Origin: Octopus sinensis
Lineage: Eukaryota
Assembly (NCBI RefSeq): GCF_006345805.1
Contig: NC_042999.1
Coordinates: 36,890,001-36,954,000, forward strand
Direction: 5' to 3'
DNA: 64,000 bases
Each line of letters starts with the position of its first letter. Position 1 is the first letter of the stretch. This document shows positions 1 through 11,820 of the stretch, piece by piece. Under the pieces are notes generated by a model, which saw only the letters and a list, made by a program, of their open reading frames with translations, ran no database searches and was not told the origin of the DNA. The position numbers were made by a program, and so were the translations under genes.

Positions 1-489
1 TGTTTTTGTTAAATGTGACTCTCATATTATCAACAGAGTGAAATATCACCTTTTGGTAAATGAATTAACATCCTAGTGCTGCAGCATGTATTGTGTAGTC
101 GTTATATTTCATGCATTTGACACAATCCAATTTATAGAAATATATAAATAAGTCATAAATAAATAACATATGATGGATGATGTAACAATGTAACATAGAA
201 CAGTCAATAAAAGAAATACTAAATTATATATTTGCTTAATCTCTTGTTGAGTGAAGTGATGCAGTAGAAGTAAGATAGGCTCATAAGCAAGTGGTTGTAG
301 AATGAAACTACACTCTGCAATGGAATGGATACTATTTTTGATATTTATACATCACAACTGAGTTGTCTTATAATATACCAACCATATACATATATACCTA
401 CAGGAGTTGATACAAATTGTATCATGCAATAGAAATTTATATAGGGTCAAAGGGTCACCAACAGACTAGATTACACCAAAACCTTAGTA

Positions 490-1709
490 TTAGGTTGTCA
501 AGTATGAAATTTATAGTAAGGTATATGGTAAACTTTGACAGCTGCTCATTTTGTGTCATTATTATATTTTGACAATCTTTATTTCTTGTTAGAAAGCTGA
601 CACATCTATTTCTTTATTCTAACTCATTTTGCGCTTTATAAAGTATTTATAATTCCGTTTTTTGCTATTTTTGTTTAGAGATGGATAAGTTTTGAAATAT
701 GAGTTCTTTCTTGGAAATACAGATAGCTCAGAATATTAATGGAGTATTTCATTCTAATGTTATTACACAACAGCAGTATCAAATTGGTTTGCAAAATTTC
801 GTTCTGGTAACTTTGACCCCACAAATGAGCAACGCGGTTGACCAGAAACAATGGTGTATAATGACAAACTGAAAGCCACCGTCGTGTCACATCCATCTCA
901 AAGTGCCTGTGAATTTTTGTTGTTGTTTGGTGTTAGCAAGCAAATAATATTGACTCACCTAGTTAAGTGAAAAAGTTGGATAAGTGGGTTCGACATGAAC
1001 TCAATGAAAATCAGAAACAGCAACGTTTGGAAACCTGCATTATGCTACTTTTACGTCACAAAAATGAATCATTTTTAATCTAATTGTAACATGATGAGAA
1101 ATGGATTCAATACAACAACTGTAAATGTTCAGAACAATGGTTGGACAACGAGTCATTAAAACCGTCCAAAATACAAAATTCATCAAAAGAAGCTGATGGT
1201 ATATGTTTGGTGGTCTGGTGCAGGTGTGATCCATTATGATTTCATTAAACCTGGTTAATCAATCATGCCCAAAGTATACTGCAGCCAACTGGACCAAATG
1301 ATGCAGAAACTTACAAAAAAAAAACAGCCAAGATTAGTCAACAGATCCACTCCTATTTTATTGCAAGACAACACCAGACCACACATCGTAAAATTGACTT
1401 TGGTGAAACTACAGGAATTGGAGCTGGAAGTTCTCTATCATCCACCATACTTGCCTGATCTTGCCTCCACTGACTACCACTTCTTCCAGAATTCGGATAA
1501 GTTTTTGATAGGAAAAAATTTAAATTCCAATGATGCTGTTAACCAGGCCTTCCAAGATTTTATTGACTCTAGATTGCCAGGCTTTTACAGTTCCGGGCTG
1601 GACAAAACTACCACTGAAATAGCAAAAGTGTTGACAATATGGGTGCATACTTTGATGAATAAAACTATTCCTTGTATTTATAAAACAAATTTCATACTTG
1701 ACAACCTAA
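490..1709 (+). mobile_element. Full-length (1220 bp) inactive mariner transposon
   Basis: Perfect 23-bp TIRs TTAGGTTGTCAAGTATGAAATTT (490-512) and its complement (1687-1709). Left flank TA, right flank CA. Disrupted transposase from ATG 681: WFAKFRSGNFD, WVRHEL, DEKWI, QDNTRPH, YLPDLASTDYHFF. Confidence 0.95.
681..1690 (+). pseudogene. Mariner DD34D-type transposase pseudogene
   Basis: Several stops and frameshifts. The ORF at 1265-1717 is its C-terminal remnant. Confidence 0.88.
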
Positions 1710-2400
1710 CAGCATAGTGGGCAGAGATAACAGCAGCAACAGGACTTTTAGTATATAGGCTATGTAAATTTATCTCACTCACAGATGTTTGAATATACTT
1801 AATTAGTAGTTATATTGAATACTTTTAATTAGTAGTTGTATTGAATATACTTAATTAGCAGTTATATACTTATTAATAATTATATTAAAATGCTTGTATT
1901 ACGTTTGAGAAGTCAAGGAATTGAAATAGGTGCTTTTCAAGTATCTTCATCAACATAAATGATTAAGTGAAATAGTTATAATCTATGATCAAATTTTTTG
2001 TATTTTCTGGTATACAAGATAAATTTCTTAGACCAAAATTTACAATAGTAGATTGATTTATACACCAAGATGGCTTTAGAGGACCAAAAATTTCATGAGA
2101 AATGCAGTACAGTTTGTAAAGATAATGACAATGTTTGAATGTTTACACTACATATTTACACTTTACGCTATATCAACTTGTGTGTCAGAAAATATCATGT
2201 GAGTCATTATCAGCTTATCTTCCACACCCTATTGCTCAATGTATATTATGTACTGACTTCAAGAGGAAATGTGAAATAACCTAGCAGACTCCACTTCTAA
2301 TATCATCTACCATAAAGCGCTCCATAGTAATGTTTTTTTATTTTATTTTTTTTATTTAGCTGTCTTCTGTGAGGAAACAAATACCTATAGGTTGTTTATT

Positions 2401-2516
2401 CATTAGAAATATAGGCTGTCTAATCATTAGAAATATAGACTGTCTACATTAGGAATATATAAGCTATTCAACATTAGAAATATAGACTATCAACTCAGAA
2501 ATATAGGCTGACTACT
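2401..2516. repeat. Degenerate ~23-bp minisatellite (about 5 units)
   Basis: Recurring CATTAGAAATATAGGCTGTCTA-like unit. Confidence 0.6.
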
Positions 2517-2806
2517 CACTTGCTAGAAAAAAAATATGCTGCTTCCTTAATAGCTGGCAGTCTCATTAAAAATATAGTGATGGAAGACTTAAAGACAAAT
2601 TAGTTACAATATTGAACTAGCTGAGCAAGTATCTACAAACTCCTTTGCTAATTCACAGACAAAGGATACAGATCATGGTACTATAAACAAGTGACTTGCT
2701 GAAGCCCTTTACTCCCTATGGAGCATGGGCCATAAACAACTTTTCTCCACTCTTGTAGACTGAGCAGTTTTATTTCTGCTTCTCTCCAGTTGAATCCTCG
2801 CTCCAT

Positions 2807-3040
2807 GGAGGCATGTGGCTAAGTGGTTAGGGGTGTTGGGCTCATGATCATAAGATTGTGGTTTCAATTCCTGGACCAGGTGACATGTTGTGTTCTTGAG
2901 CAAAACACTCCCTTTTACATTGTTTCAGTCAACTCAACTGGCAAAAATGAGTAATCCTGCAACGGACTGGTATCCTGTCCAGGTGGAGAATATATATGCA
3001 ATGGAAACCAGGAAACCAGCCTTTATGAAATAGTATGACT
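2807..3040 (+). mobile_element. tRNA-derived SINE, head C plus tail i
   Basis: A/B boxes TGGCTAAGTGG / GGTTTCAATTCC, then core TTCTTGAGCAAAACAC, then CCTGCAACGGACTGG tail. Inverted copy at about 19763-19959. Confidence 0.75.
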
Positions 3041-3322
3041 TGAAGAGGAAACTTTACCTTTTATGATCCTTGCTTCTTGTTGCAGCTTCCTTTTGGATTT
3101 TGTTGTACTACAACATGTGTTTCCCTGAAAGAAGGCCTTCCTCTCTCAGGTCTTGTTAGTTTTGAATTGTCATTGAAGCTTCTGTAATTGTGCTTTTTTC
3201 TAGGGTGGCATGTTAGTCCTATACAAACCAATTTCTACCAATGGGAAAAGGTGGTTCATATTAGTCAGGTGTGTAACCTTTAGTTTATCCAGCATGAGAA
3301 GCTCTGCCAGGGGCTTATATTA

Positions 3323-3552
3323 GGCGGCGAGCTGGCAGAAACGGTAGCATGCCAGGCGAAATGCGAAGCCGTATTTCGTCTGCCATTGCGTTCTAAGTTC
3401 AAATTCTGCCGAGGTCAACTTTGCCTTTCATCCTTTCGGGGTTGATAAATTAAGTACCAGTTATGCACTTGGGTCGATGTAATCAACTAAATCCCTTTGT
3501 CTGTCCTTGTTTGTCCCCTCTGTGTTTAGCCCCTTGTGGGTAGTAAAGAAAT
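3323..3552 (+). mobile_element. tRNA-derived SINE family A, full length
   Basis: GGCGGCGAGCTGGCAGAA...AGTTCAAATTC...CCTTGTGGGTAGTAAAGAAATA. More than 20 copies in the window. Confidence 0.85.
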
Positions 3553-3679
3553 ATATATTCCACTGGCAGAGCTCCCAGGGTCATTGAAATACACAATCCA
3601 CCACACCTTACCTTGTGATGGACAAATGACTGGACAACACTTATATGTCCAGTTGATACTCTACATAAGAAACTCGATG

Positions 3680-3862
3680 TATTGTTTAGCTCCAGGTCAA
3701 TCCCAACCAAGCAGATCTATGATCAAAGGCACTCCAGTCACGATCACCCAGTCTTTTTAGAAGTATCCAGGACTACATTATCCAATATACCCTTACTTTT
3801 TATAAAACAGTAAAGTGTTAATCAAGGGAAACTTTACTGTTATTTCTAGCAGGTCAAGACGT
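3680..3862 (-). mobile_element. Interspersed repeat family G (SINE-like, unclassified)
   Basis: Reverse complement reads GACCTGCTAGAAATAACAG...GGATAATGTAGTCC...GGAGCTAAACAA, matching decayed copies at 49.1-52.4 kb. Confidence 0.65.
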
Positions 3863-4018
3863 TTCCTTGTTTGCTCACACTGACTGGAGTTTGCTCTTGC
3901 TTTTGTAACTATTTTGTACCAAACAACTAAAATAGAACTCCCTTACCATGTTGTTACTAGGTTAGTCCATTACTCTGTCAATTTGTTGCTACACATTTAC
4001 TTAACTATAATTGCTCAG

Positions 4019-4153
4019 ATATGATAAGTCGAGCTCTGGGACCAGAATTTGGTGGAAGTATTGGATTCCTGTTTTTTGTAGCCAATGTCTTCTCTTGTTC
4101 TCTTTACACCTCTGCTATTGTAGAAGGTTTGATTCAGAACTTTGGACCAAGTG
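4019..4153 (+). CDS. SLC12A9: SLC12A9-like exon (first in window)
   Basis: ttgctcAG|AT ATG... to AGT G|GTAAGT. Encodes [44 protein letters not shown], matching recalled human SLC12A9 FMISRTLGPEVGGSIGLMFYLANV. Confidence 0.93.
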
Positions 4154-4236
4154 GTAAGTACTTATTTATACTTTTCCTTTCAAATGCATGCAGGTATGCA
4201 TGTGTGTGTGAGTGTGGTGTGTGTGTGTGCATGCTT

Positions 4237-4286
<50 letters not shown>

Positions 4287-4942
4287 CACACACACATGTA
4301 CATTATCCAGTGTGATAGTGTTTTCCCACTGATCCTATATTAGTCTTGTACATATTTTAAAATTCAATATTACAAAAAGAAGAAACCAAAAAATTCTCTG
4401 TGCGTGAGTGTGAAAGGTACTTTGTGTAGCTGAAATGAAAACCTTTTCCAACTTCATATTTAGGAGCTCAGAGACGACAGCTTTTGCCTTGGTAAACTTG
4501 GGTAAACCTGCATATATCCTCAGTCTGAGTTCAAAGTCAGCCAAGGCCGATTTTGCCTTGAATCCTCTCAGGATTGATGAAATAAGTACCACTTGAACAC
4601 TGAGATCAATGTAATCAATTTACCGGCTCCCCGAAATTGCTGGCCTTGTGCCAAAATTTAAAACCAATATTTGCGGTATTAGTAAGGCAGGGCGCTGTCA
4701 GAATCGTTAGCACACCAGGCAAACTGCTTAGCAGCATTTTGTCCATCTTTATATTCTGAGTTCAAATTCCACCGAGGTCAACTTTACCTTTCACTCTCTC
4801 AATGTTGGTAAAATAAGTACCAGTTGAACACTGGGATCCGTGTAATTGATTTATATGCTCCTTAAAATTGCAGGCCTTGTGCCACAATTTGACAGCAATA
4901 ATTGTGGTATTATTCCCATATTTTGGTTATTTATATCTGCAG

Positions 4943-5096
4943 GTACATTCACATCTAACTCTACAGTATATCTGCCATACGATGAAACCAACATTGGTAT
5001 GATTATATGTATGCCACCATCTGCCTCGTTCTTTGCCTTGCTATTTGCTTTGTTGGAGGAGCCATGTTCGCTCGGTTTTCTGCCTTCATTTTACTT
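4943..5096 (+). CDS. SLC12A9: SLC12A9-like exon 2 in window, with apparent 1-nt frameshift near 4984-4988
   Basis: ctgcAG|GT...CTT|GTAAGT. 5' part reads GTFTSNSTVYLPYDE and 3' part reads QHWYDYMYATICLVLCLAICFVGGAMFARFSAFILL in a different frame. Length is 154 nt but the flanking phases need 155. Confidence 0.85.
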
Positions 5097-5149
5097 GTAA
5101 GTATCTGTCTATTCTTCCTTTTTCTTTCATCTTTTTTTTTTTTACTTGC

Positions 5150-5733
5150 TTCAAGGAGTGCGATAGGCCCTTTGTCATCAGCAGAGGTAGGAGCTCTCTG
5201 AACTTTGCCCAGGCTATTCTTATTCTAGCAGCTACACTTTCAGAACATCCACCCCTGCTACTGACTTGGTCCCCTAGGTAACGGAAGCTATCAACTACTT
5301 GTAGTTTTTCTCCCTGGAATGTGACAGAAGCTGTTCTCTGCACATTTCCAGTGTTTATAGCACCTGAACATTTGCCACATACAAAAATTATCTTCCCAGT
5401 TAGCCTTCCTTTGATATTGTTGCACCTCTTATGTGTCCATAGCTTACATTGAGCACATCTTATGGAGTTTCTACCGACGCCTTTTCTACAGATCGAGCAG
5501 GGCCATCTACCTGAAGGAATTTGTGGTTTGTCTGCCTTCCTACTTATTAAGACTTTGGTTTTAGCTAGGTTGACTCTAAGGCCCTTCGATTCTAATCCTT
5601 GCTTCCACACCTGAAACTTTTCCTCTACGTCTAATAGTGACTCAGCAATTAGAGCAAGGTCATCTGCATAGAGGAGCTCCCAAGGGCGTCCTGTCTTGAA
5701 TTCATCTGTTATTGCTTGGAGGACTATGATGAA
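5150..5733 (-). mobile_element. RTE-clade LINE reverse-transcriptase fragment
   Basis: Translation PWELLYADDLALIAES...GLRVNLAKTKVL, a Cys-rich insert (CSICRKGVGRNSIRCAQCKLWTHKRC), then FRYLGD and AWAKFRELLPLL. Confidence 0.9.
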
Positions 5734-6458
5734 TTACTCCTTGATTTTCAAGTTACACAACCTAGTGAGTAATGTTACATGAGAAATCCTTTCAAGGAAT
5801 CCCATTTTGGCTACTTATATTCACAATTGTACTCTTATGGTCATTGCCCAACATTCATGATAAGAAGGGGATAAAAGGAAATTAACTCTTTCTTACAAAT
5901 ATTAGAAAATAGATGTCAAAGTATGAAAGAAAAAATATGTCCTCTTCTAACTGTGTAACAGCAGTTAGCCAATGGGTGTTAAGCCAGCTCCTATTGAGTT
6001 CACCACATTGTGAGTTCATAGGAGTTTCAAGAGATAATCAGAGTCCATGAGAACAGTTCCTGTCTGTATTCATAAGCCACCATACACAACCGGTGGCAGG
6101 TTGTCCTTGTTTTGGCCCTTTTCACAGCAGGATACCCACAGACATGATCCAACACCACCAGGAAGCCCCTGGATTCTGGAACAGATGGTTTCTGAAATTC
6201 ACCATTGCCTCCAGCTAGCTGAGTTGCGGCCCTAGCACCGTCAGTGTCAGACCTGTCCACCTTGGGCGGCCCTACCAGGGACTTGAAGTCTCCAACGACA
6301 TAGCTCTGACACTCACTCATTTAACTTTCCCACCACAATGAGATCAAAAGTTGGACCTTGAGGAAAGAAAGAAAAAGTATGAAATACGATATCCCAAATG
6401 TCTTATGTACAAACCATATACTTAATTTGCTAATTTGTACCTAATTTTTCTTTGGTAG

Positions 6459-6630
6459 ATTGTTTCCCTCTGTACACTGATGACAATAATCAGTTTCCTT
6501 GTGAAGAAAGACATCATTAGTGTGCCGATTCCACGTGGTAACACTTTAATTTATAAGATGTCTAATTATTCAGACGTCTTTGGCAATTATACAGGATTAA
6601 AATTTTCCACATTCAAACAGAATCTTTATG
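6459..6630 (+). CDS. SLC12A9: SLC12A9-like exon 3 in window
   Basis: ggtAG|ATT...TAT G|GTAAGT. Encodes IVSLCTLMTIISFLVKKD...GNYTGLKFSTFKQNLY (human GHFTGFNSSTLKDNL). Confidence 0.9.
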
Positions 6631-6824
6631 GTAAGTGACATTATTTTTTTGTATGTCATTTCATTTCTCCATTTTTACTCAAGGGCACAACACACTGGCA
6701 GTTTTCAAACTCACAACCTTACAATCATGAACCAAATAGCTTAACCACTAAACTGCATACCATCTTTTTACTAATATTTCGCATTCCATTGCTAATGAAG
6801 GCGTGAAAATTAATTTCTACTTCC

Positions 6825-7056
6825 TATTTCTATACTACTCACAAGGGGCTAAACACAGAAGGGACAAACAAGGACAGACAAACGGATTAAGACGATTATA
6901 TCGACCCTAGTACGTAACTGGTACTTATTTAATCGACCCCGAAAGGATGAGAAGCAAAGTTGACCTCGACGGAATTTGAACTCAGAACGTAGCACAGACG
7001 AAATAGCGCTAAGCATTTCGCCCGGCGTGCTAGCATTTCTGCCAGTTCGCCGCCTT
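6825..7056 (-). mobile_element. SINE family A, full length, antisense to SLC12A9
   Basis: Reverse-complement match to 3323-3552 and to about 8282-8518. Confidence 0.85.
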
Positions 7057-7086
7057 TTAATTTCTACTTCCTTGTATATTTGATGT

Positions 7087-7554
7087 TTTACTATTACTTC
7101 CATAAAAGCAGCAAACTGGTGGAAAATTTAGCACACTGGGCAAAATGCTTAGCAGCATTTCATCTGTCTTTACATTCTGGGTTCAAATTCTGCCGAGGTG
7201 GACTTTGCTTTTCTTTCTTTCGAGGTCAATAAAATAAGTACTGGTTGAGCACTGAGGTTGATGTAATTTACTTACCCACTCCCACAAAACTGCAAACCTT
7301 GTGCCAAAATTTGAAATTATTATTATTATTATTACTATTATTATTTTATGTTTGACTTTTGCTTTACATTTGTACAAGTTGGCTCCAAGTCTCACCCAGA
7401 GACCTCAAGAGACAACAAGTTGGAAGTTCATGTTGGTGTTATGCCTAGGGTGCCATATATTTGGTTTTGTACCTAGTGTTGTTCAAGAGAATGTTTAAGA
7501 AACCATAAGAAAATTATGTTTGTTTTAAAACTTGAGATTACATACAAATTATTG

Positions 7555-7591
<37 letters not shown>

Positions 7592-8690
7592 CATTATTAT
7601 TATTATTTTATTATTAAGGCAGCAAGCTGGCAGAATTGTTAGCATGTCAGGTGAAATGCTTAGCTGTATTTCGTCCATCCTTATGTCTTGAGTTCAAATT
7701 CCACTGAGGTTGACATTGCCTTTCCTCCTCTCAGAGTCAATGAATTAAGTACCAGTTGAACACTGGTGTCAATGTAAGTGATTTATCCTCTCCCCCAAAT
7801 TTCAGGCCTTGTGTCTGTTAGCAGAAAGGATTATTACTTCCATAAAGGCAGCAAGCTGGCAAAATTGTTAGTATGCTTGTCAAAATACTGAGCGGCTTTA
7901 CAAGTTCAAATTCTGCCATGGTCAACTTTGCTTTTCATTCATTTGGGGTCCATAAAATAAGTAGCAGTTGTGCACTGGGGTCCATATTATTGACCCCTAA
8001 AAATTGCTGCCTTTGTACCAAAATAAGAAAGGATTATAATTACTACCATAAGGCAGGTTTACACAATTGTTAGCACACTGGACAAAGTGCTTAGCAGCAT
8101 TTCTTCCAAATCTTTACATTCTGAGTTCAAATTCCACCAAGGTCACTTTGCCTTTCATCTTTTCAGGTTCGATAAAATAAGTACAAGTCAAACACTGGAG
8201 GGAAAGGGCAATATAATTGACGAGAACTACAAAAATTTCAGGCCTTGTGCCTGTAGTCGACAGAATTATTATTATTACCTCCAGCAGTGAGCTGGTAGAA
8301 TCATTAGCACACCAAGTGAATTGCTTAGTGGCATTTCATCTGCCGCTACATTCTGAGTTTAAATTCCACCGAGGTCGACTTTGCCTTTCATCCTTTCGGG
8401 GTCGATTAAATAAGTACCTGTTATGCACTGGTGTTGATGATATAATCGACTTAATCCCTTTGTCTGTCCTTGTTTGTCCCTTCTGTGTTTAGTCCCTTGT
8501 AGGTAGCAAAGAAATAGGCATTTCATCTGTCTTTACTTTCTGAGTTCAAATTCCACTGAGGTCGACTTTGCCTTTCATCTTTTCGGGGTTGATAAAATAA
8601 GTACCAGTTGAGTACTAAGGTCAATACAATCGATTTAACTATCCCTACCAAAACTGCTGGCCTTGAGCCAAAATTTGAAATCATTATTAG
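7087..8690 (+). mobile_element. Stack of about 6 head-to-tail family A SINE copies
   Basis: Repeated GAGTTCAAATTCC...GATAAAATAAGTACC cores near 7190, 7690, 7905, 8120, 8355 and 8540, separated by (ATT)n tails. Confidence 0.85.
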
Positions 8691-8744
8691 CTTCATATTG
8701 GAAACAATTTTAATTAAAAGCAATGCCATGATGGTCTTTTACAG

Positions 8745-8852
8745 AGAATTATACAACAGATTACAGTACGGATTCCACAATGACTTTTGGAATTGTGTTC
8801 TCCATTTTGTTCAGCAGCATAACAGGGATTATGAATGGAGCTAATATGTCAG
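8745..8852 (+). CDS. SLC12A9: SLC12A9-like exon 4 in window
   Basis: ttttacAG|AG...TCA G|GTAAGT. Encodes [36 protein letters not shown] (family motif TGIMAGANMSG). Confidence 0.93.
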
Positions 8853-9444
8853 GTAAGTAAAAGAGTTTTTATTCGATTTTTGTCTTTACCATCTCCCCAT
8901 CCCTCTCCACTTCTCATCTCTTCTCTCTCTTTTTCCAACTAGGATAGCTATGTATCTTTACTGCAAAACACTTGTTTTTGTCCCTCTGTCGTACTCTAGC
9001 CTCTTCCTCACCTGACACAAAATGTCACCATCCTCAATACTATCTCCTCTCCTCAGTCAAGGGGGATTTTGTCTTTCAAGTGACTTGGTGACTTCACTGG
9101 AGCTGGTGCCATGTAAAAAGCACCCGGTACACTCTGTAATGGGGTTGACGTTAGGAAGGATATCCAGCCACAGAAACTATGCCAAAGCAGACAGTAAAGT
9201 TTGGTGGCGTCATCTAACTTGCTAGTTTCTGTCAAACTGTCCAGACTATGCCAGCATGGAAAACAGACATTAAATGATGATGATTATGATGATGATAGTG
9301 ATGGTGATATCTTCATAGACCATCATGTGAACTACTTGGCTGATAGATTTAATCAATCATCCTGTTTAACAGAACCTCCTGAGTGTCTTTAGCATTTTGT
9401 TGTAGACATCATCATCATTATCATCATCTTCATTTAATGTCCTG

Positions 9445-10450
9445 GATTTTAAATCCACACTGAACAATATAAACCCCAACATCCAATTTACAACAGAATA
9501 TAGCAAGGAACAGCTCCCATTTCTGGACATTTCAATTTTAAAACAGTCCAACAACCAAATTACAACCGACATTTACTATAAACCATCAGACTCAAAACAG
9601 TATCTCCTTTTCAGTTCATGCCATCCTAAACACACCAAAATAAATATCCCATCCAATCTAGCAAAATTGATCTGTACAATTGTAGCTGAGATAACCACTC
9701 AGGAACTTCACCTACAAGAACTCAAAATAACACTCATTGAACATCAATACCCACCTACACTTATAGAACATGGAATTAAACGTGCCAAGAAATTAGACAC
9801 AAACACACTAAGGACAACAAAACAAAACACCACACCTCACCTTAAATCACTCCCATACATATCAAACCACAACCCCAGAAACACTGAAGCATACAACACG
9901 ATTATACAAAATCTCCCTCTTCTCACTCAAGACCCGAAAATGAACAGCATCCTAAATACACACAAACTACTAAAATGCAAAATACAAGACAAATCACTCA
10001 AGAAACTCCTAACAAATCCAAAACTATACTCAATACAAACGATACCAACAGTTAAAAATTGCAGACAGCATAACTGAGGTACATGTCCACACCTAACTGA
10101 AGGCTTGGAGTTCACATTCCAGCAAGGACAAAAATTCTCAAATAAGACCAACTTCACATGTCTTCCCAGAACCTTATCTATGTCCTAACCTGCTGGGGTT
10201 GTGGTCACAATTATGTGGGCCAAACAAGCCTTACTTTGAGATGCAGAATCACGCTGCATAAAGAACAGATTCATTTCTCTCAATACAGGTAGATAACACT
10301 GAGCGGATATATCGACAGATGCGCTAGTAATAAAACATAAAGATTTTCATATCTCCCCATTATACAAATGCAAAGATTCAATCTCAGTACAAGAATGCCT
10401 AAACAAGGAAAACTTGTTCATACAAAAGTACAGACAACACTTCAATATAC
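9445..10450 (+). mobile_element. Penelope-like element fragment (RT thumb plus GIY-YIG endonuclease), degraded
   Basis: LNNINPNIQFTTE...LPFLDI...DIYYKPSDSKQYLLFSSCHP, later NLIYVLTCWGCGHNYVGQT...RITLHKEQI. Confidence 0.88.
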
Positions 10451-10589
10451 AAATTTGACCATTTTAAAAATTATACTAAAGGATCAGTTGTCCCCCTTAC
10501 CACTTGTTGCTTCCCTTAGTTCACTCTCTAGACTCATTCTTCTTATTCTTCAAACATCCAAAATGACAAAACCGCTCTGCCATTAGAAC

Positions 10590-10850
10590 TGATTACTGTA
10601 CAATGTCCTTGAGCAAGACACTTTATTTTGCATTGCTGCGGTCCAGTTAGCTGGCAAAAATGTGTGGTACCTGTATTTCAAAGGACCAGCTTTGTCATAC
10701 TCTGTATCACACTGAATCTCCCTGAGAACTACATTAAGGGTATGTGTGTCTGTGGAATGCTCAGCCACATGCACGTTAATTTCATGTAGACTGTTTTGTT
10801 GATCGGATGAATTGGAATTGGAATCCTCATTGCCATAACCAATGGAGTGC
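10590..10850 (+). mobile_element. SINE core C plus tail ii (head truncated)
   Basis: CCTTGAGCAAGACACTTT core, then GTACCTGTATTTCAAAGG tail matching the reverse complement of 32650-32850. Confidence 0.65.
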
Positions 10851-10863
10851 CAATTGTCCATGC

Positions 10864-11153
10864 TAGTGGCACGTAAAGAGCACCATCCGATCGTGGCTGT
10901 TGCCAGCCCCGTCTGGCCTCCGTGCCAGTGGCACATAAAAAGCACCATCTGATCGTGGCCATTGCAAGCCTCGTCTGGCACGTAAAAAGCACCCACTACA
11001 CTCACGGAGTGGTTGGCGTTAGGAAGGACATCCAGCTGTAGAAACACTGCCAGATCAGACTGGAGTCTGGTGCAGCCTTCTGGCTTCCCAGACCCCCAGT
11101 TGAACCGTCCAACCCATGCTAGCATGAAAAGCGGACGTTAAACGATTATGATG
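10864..11153 (+). mobile_element. 5'-truncated RTE LINE 3' end with (GAT)n tail
   Basis: GGCACGTAAAAAGCAC subrepeats, then GGTTGGCGTTAGGAAGG...CATGCTAGCATG...(GAT)n. The copy at 18295-18690 links this tail to an RTE ORF end. Confidence 0.8.
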
Positions 11154-11155
11154 AC

Positions 11156-11473
11156 ATATACATCATCATCATTATCATCATTTAACGTCCGCTTTCCATG
11201 CTAGCATGGGTTGGACAATTTGACTGAGGACTGGCAAACCAGATGGCTGCACCAGGCTCCAATCTGATCTGGCAGAGTTTCTACAGCTGAATGCCCTTCC
11301 TAATGCCAACCACTCCGAGAGTGTAGTGGGTGCTTTTACATGCCACCAGCACGAGGGCTAGTCAGGCACTACTGGCAACGGCCACGCTCAAATGGTATTT
11401 TTTACATGCCACCTGCACAGGAGCCAGACCAGCGGCAATGGCAACAACCTCGCTTGAATGCTTTTTCACGTGC

Positions 11474-11475
<2 letters not shown>
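11156..11475 (-). mobile_element. 5'-truncated RTE LINE 3' end, tail-to-tail with the previous copy
   Basis: Reverse complement of the same family, beginning with (CAT)n. Confidence 0.8.
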
Positions 11476-11540
<65 letters not shown>

Positions 11541-11820
11541 GACAGGCTTCTTTCAGTTTCTCTCACTCTCAACTAAATCCACTGATAAGGCTTTGGTCAG
11601 CCAGGGGCTGTAGTAGAAGACGGCTGCCCGAAGTGTCATGTAGTAGGACTGAAGCCTGGATCATATGGTTGGAGAGCAAGCTTCTTAATGATACATCTTG
11701 TTGTTGTTGTTTAGCCCTCAGATAGTTGTGACAGTAGACCTATAATCAAAGTAATTGTAGCCATGACCATCCCGTTTTTTACTGACATGGTTTCTCTCAG
11801 ACTACAGGTTATCCAATATA

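Noticed and set aside
444-457. DR2 nuclear-receptor element GGGTCA-AA-GGGTCA
   Set aside because: An isolated short motif with no supporting context, plausible by chance.
4983-4985. Rescue of the SLC12A9 frameshift by A-to-I editing of TGA or by alternative splice sites
   Set aside because: Would require a non-consensus donor, an alternative acceptor and editing together, and would discard the homologous VYLP segment.
6027-6320. LINE endonuclease fragment (VVGDFK resembles GDFN)
   Set aside because: Only one short motif, with no further recognisable conservation.
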